From positions 18,921-82,920 of the IMG/VR virus record IMGVR_UViG_3300012020_000004: 64,000 nucleotides of DNA; one strand, 5' to 3'. The notes beneath the pieces are model-generated. The model did no database searches. It was not told the DNA's origin and worked only from the letters and a program-made list of their open reading frames with translations. The position numbers were made by a program, and so were the translations under genes. This document shows positions 62,526 through 64,000 of the stretch, one piece after another. Origin of the DNA: a virus (lineage: Duplodnaviria > Caudoviricetes). Position 1 is the first letter of the stretch, and each line of letters starts with the position of its first letter.

Positions 62526-62741
62526 TCAGTTGTCCTCGATCTGCTCGCAGATCCAGCCCAGCAGGCACAGGGCGAAGGTGACGACGCCGACCAACTTAGC
62601 CAGTGCCCACCCTGCTTGGCTGGGCTCGCCGGCCAGCTCGGCGCCAATGAGGCTGGCCACGACCACAAGGGCCACAGCCAGAACGGACAAAGCCGCCCAT
62701 TGGGCGGCCTGCTTGATTTTCCTACGGGTGCTCAGCCTCAC
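62526..62741 (-). CDS. Small two-TM membrane protein
   Basis: Basic N-terminus then two hydrophobic segments; AAGGAG SD. Confidence 0.65.
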   Translation of the reverse strand: MRLSTRRKIKQAAQWAALSVLAVALVVVASLIGAELAGEPSQAGWALAKLVGVVTFALCLLGWICEQIEDN

Positions 62742-63024
62742 CTTAGTACTCCTTGCTGCTTTGGCAACTTGTTTGTTGCCGTGTTTTCGGCGCGCGGCCC
62801 AGAGTGCTGCTGTCCGCGTTATGTAAACTTCGGTTGTTGCTCCTTTTGGAACAATCCTGCCTAAAAATGAGGCAGATTGTGCTGAAAATCGACCCGAAAA
62901 TCCCGCCGCGGCCAGATTTTCAGGTCGATTGTTCCATTTTCGACAACAATCAGCGTTTGCTTATGCTGTTGCTGCCGAAAATTCCGCGCCGCGGCCAGGG
63001 TGTGGTCGCAGCACGTTATGTAAA

Positions 63025-63330
63025 CTACAGCGGCTTGCTCAGTGCCCGCTCGAAGGCGACCCAGAACAGGCCTCGAGCCGTGATCGAGCCCCTGGTCACG
63101 ACCATTCCGAAGATGCGCCGCTCTTCGCGGTCCAGGTCGCCGCAGCGGATTCCAATCCGCGCAAGTTCTGCGACCCTGCTGTCGAAGTGGCGGTCGATCC
63201 CGCCCCACTCCCAAGCCGCATCTGCGGCCTGTTCTTTGACGGTTTTCACGTCGCCGTCGAAGATGGTGCCGCACACTTCAGCGGCGGTTGGGTTGAGCTT
63301 CTTCAAGGTCAGGCACTTGGGGATGAACAT
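63025..63330 (-). CDS. Hypothetical protein
   Basis: 101 aa, AAGGAGAAGG SD. Confidence 0.65.
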   Translation of the reverse strand: MFIPKCLTLKKLNPTAAEVCGTIFDGDVKTVKEQAADAAWEWGGIDRHFDSRVAELARIGIRCGDLDREERRIFGMVVTRGSITARGLFWVAFERALSKPL

Positions 63331-63933
63331 GATTCCTTCTCCTTAGGTGTGCTGTAGAAAGTGGCAGCACTGCCAGCCATGACCTTGCCGATGCTGCTGG
63401 TAAGGGCATGACTTGCCTTGCTGCTGGCAATTCGAGCGTGTTCGAGGTCGAGCCCGGGCTCATCGGCTGGCTTCCTGCCGATTTGCTCGCGGTGCTTTCG
63501 GTGCTGCTGATGCTTTGGGAGCATGGTTGAAGCGTGCTCGACCTTGCTTTGACACAGCCAGCGGGCGCAGCGGGATCAGGGTGCCGGTCCTTGCGCCTGC
63601 TCAGTGCTGGCTTGTGGGGTTGTCTCGGCTTGCGCCGCCATGCTCGACCCCGCATGCCTGCTGGTCGAATCGCAATTTTTGCTCCGGTGTGGTCCGAACA
63701 CCTTTTTCGTCGCGCTGCTCGACAAAAGCCGAGACACGCGAAAAACGCGGCGTACAAGATCCCCTGCCTGCTCTAGGCGCTGTTCCAGACTTTGGCTGGT
63801 GGCAGTGGTGGGCAGGATCAAGGGCATGCTCATACCGTGCATGCTTGCTTACATGGAAACCGCACTGCTGCGCTTGCTTAGGGCGTGGTCCGTCCTGCCC
63901 GTAAGCATGCGCGTTTGCGCGGTGGCATTGCAG

Positions 63934-64000
63934 CGGGCTCCGCCCCCGCCGCAAGGGCTGGGACGGGCTCCGCCCCCGCCGCAAGGGCTGGGACGGGCTC
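63934..64000. repeat. Exact 30-bp tandem repeat running off the window
   Basis: CGGGCTCCGCCCCCGCCGCAAGGGCTGGGA at 63934 and 63964, third copy starting at 63994. Confidence 0.95.

Noticed and set aside
62526-62741. Holin call for the two-TM protein (also the 37-aa TM protein at 22483)
   Set aside because: There is no adjacent endolysin or spanin and the location is early/replication-type; kept as membrane proteins of unknown function.

Overview
A 64-kb segment of a tailed dsDNA bacteriophage genome (siphovirus-type, probably lytic; GC-rich proteobacterial host inferred). No integrase, repressor, capsid/terminase or lysis genes are visible in the window. 1-15028 (+): tail morphogenesis (head-tail joining, tail completion, major tail tube, chaperone with -1 frameshift, 1467-aa tape measure, multi-gene tail tip), closed by a terminator. 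15161-38287 (-): nucleotide metabolism and replication/recombination (ThyX, dCMP deaminase, SbcC/SbcD-like, ATP ligase, RecU-like nuclease, full-length Pol I-type polymerase, TraR/DksA, dNMP kinase, MazG-like, DEDDh exonuclease, primase-helicase, SF2 helicase), four HNH genes, two tRNAs and a densely base-paired ~390-nt non-coding block. 38280-63330 (-): about 70 short, tightly coupled early-type ORFs, many joined by repeated stop/Shine-Dalgarno/start junctions. They include tRNA-Ile2, KTSC, ArdA, a fifth HNH, a Tat-like/PEP-CTERM-like protein, a bL12-like protein and a 42-hexad Cys-ladder repeat protein. The right end holds GC-rich direct repeats, an AT-rich tract and a 30-bp tandem repeat. 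The best candidates for new biology are the structured RNA abutting tRNA-Thr, the PEP-CTERM-like protein, the Cys hexapeptide protein and the cassette junctions. All family assignments come from motifs recognised by eye; no database searches were run.
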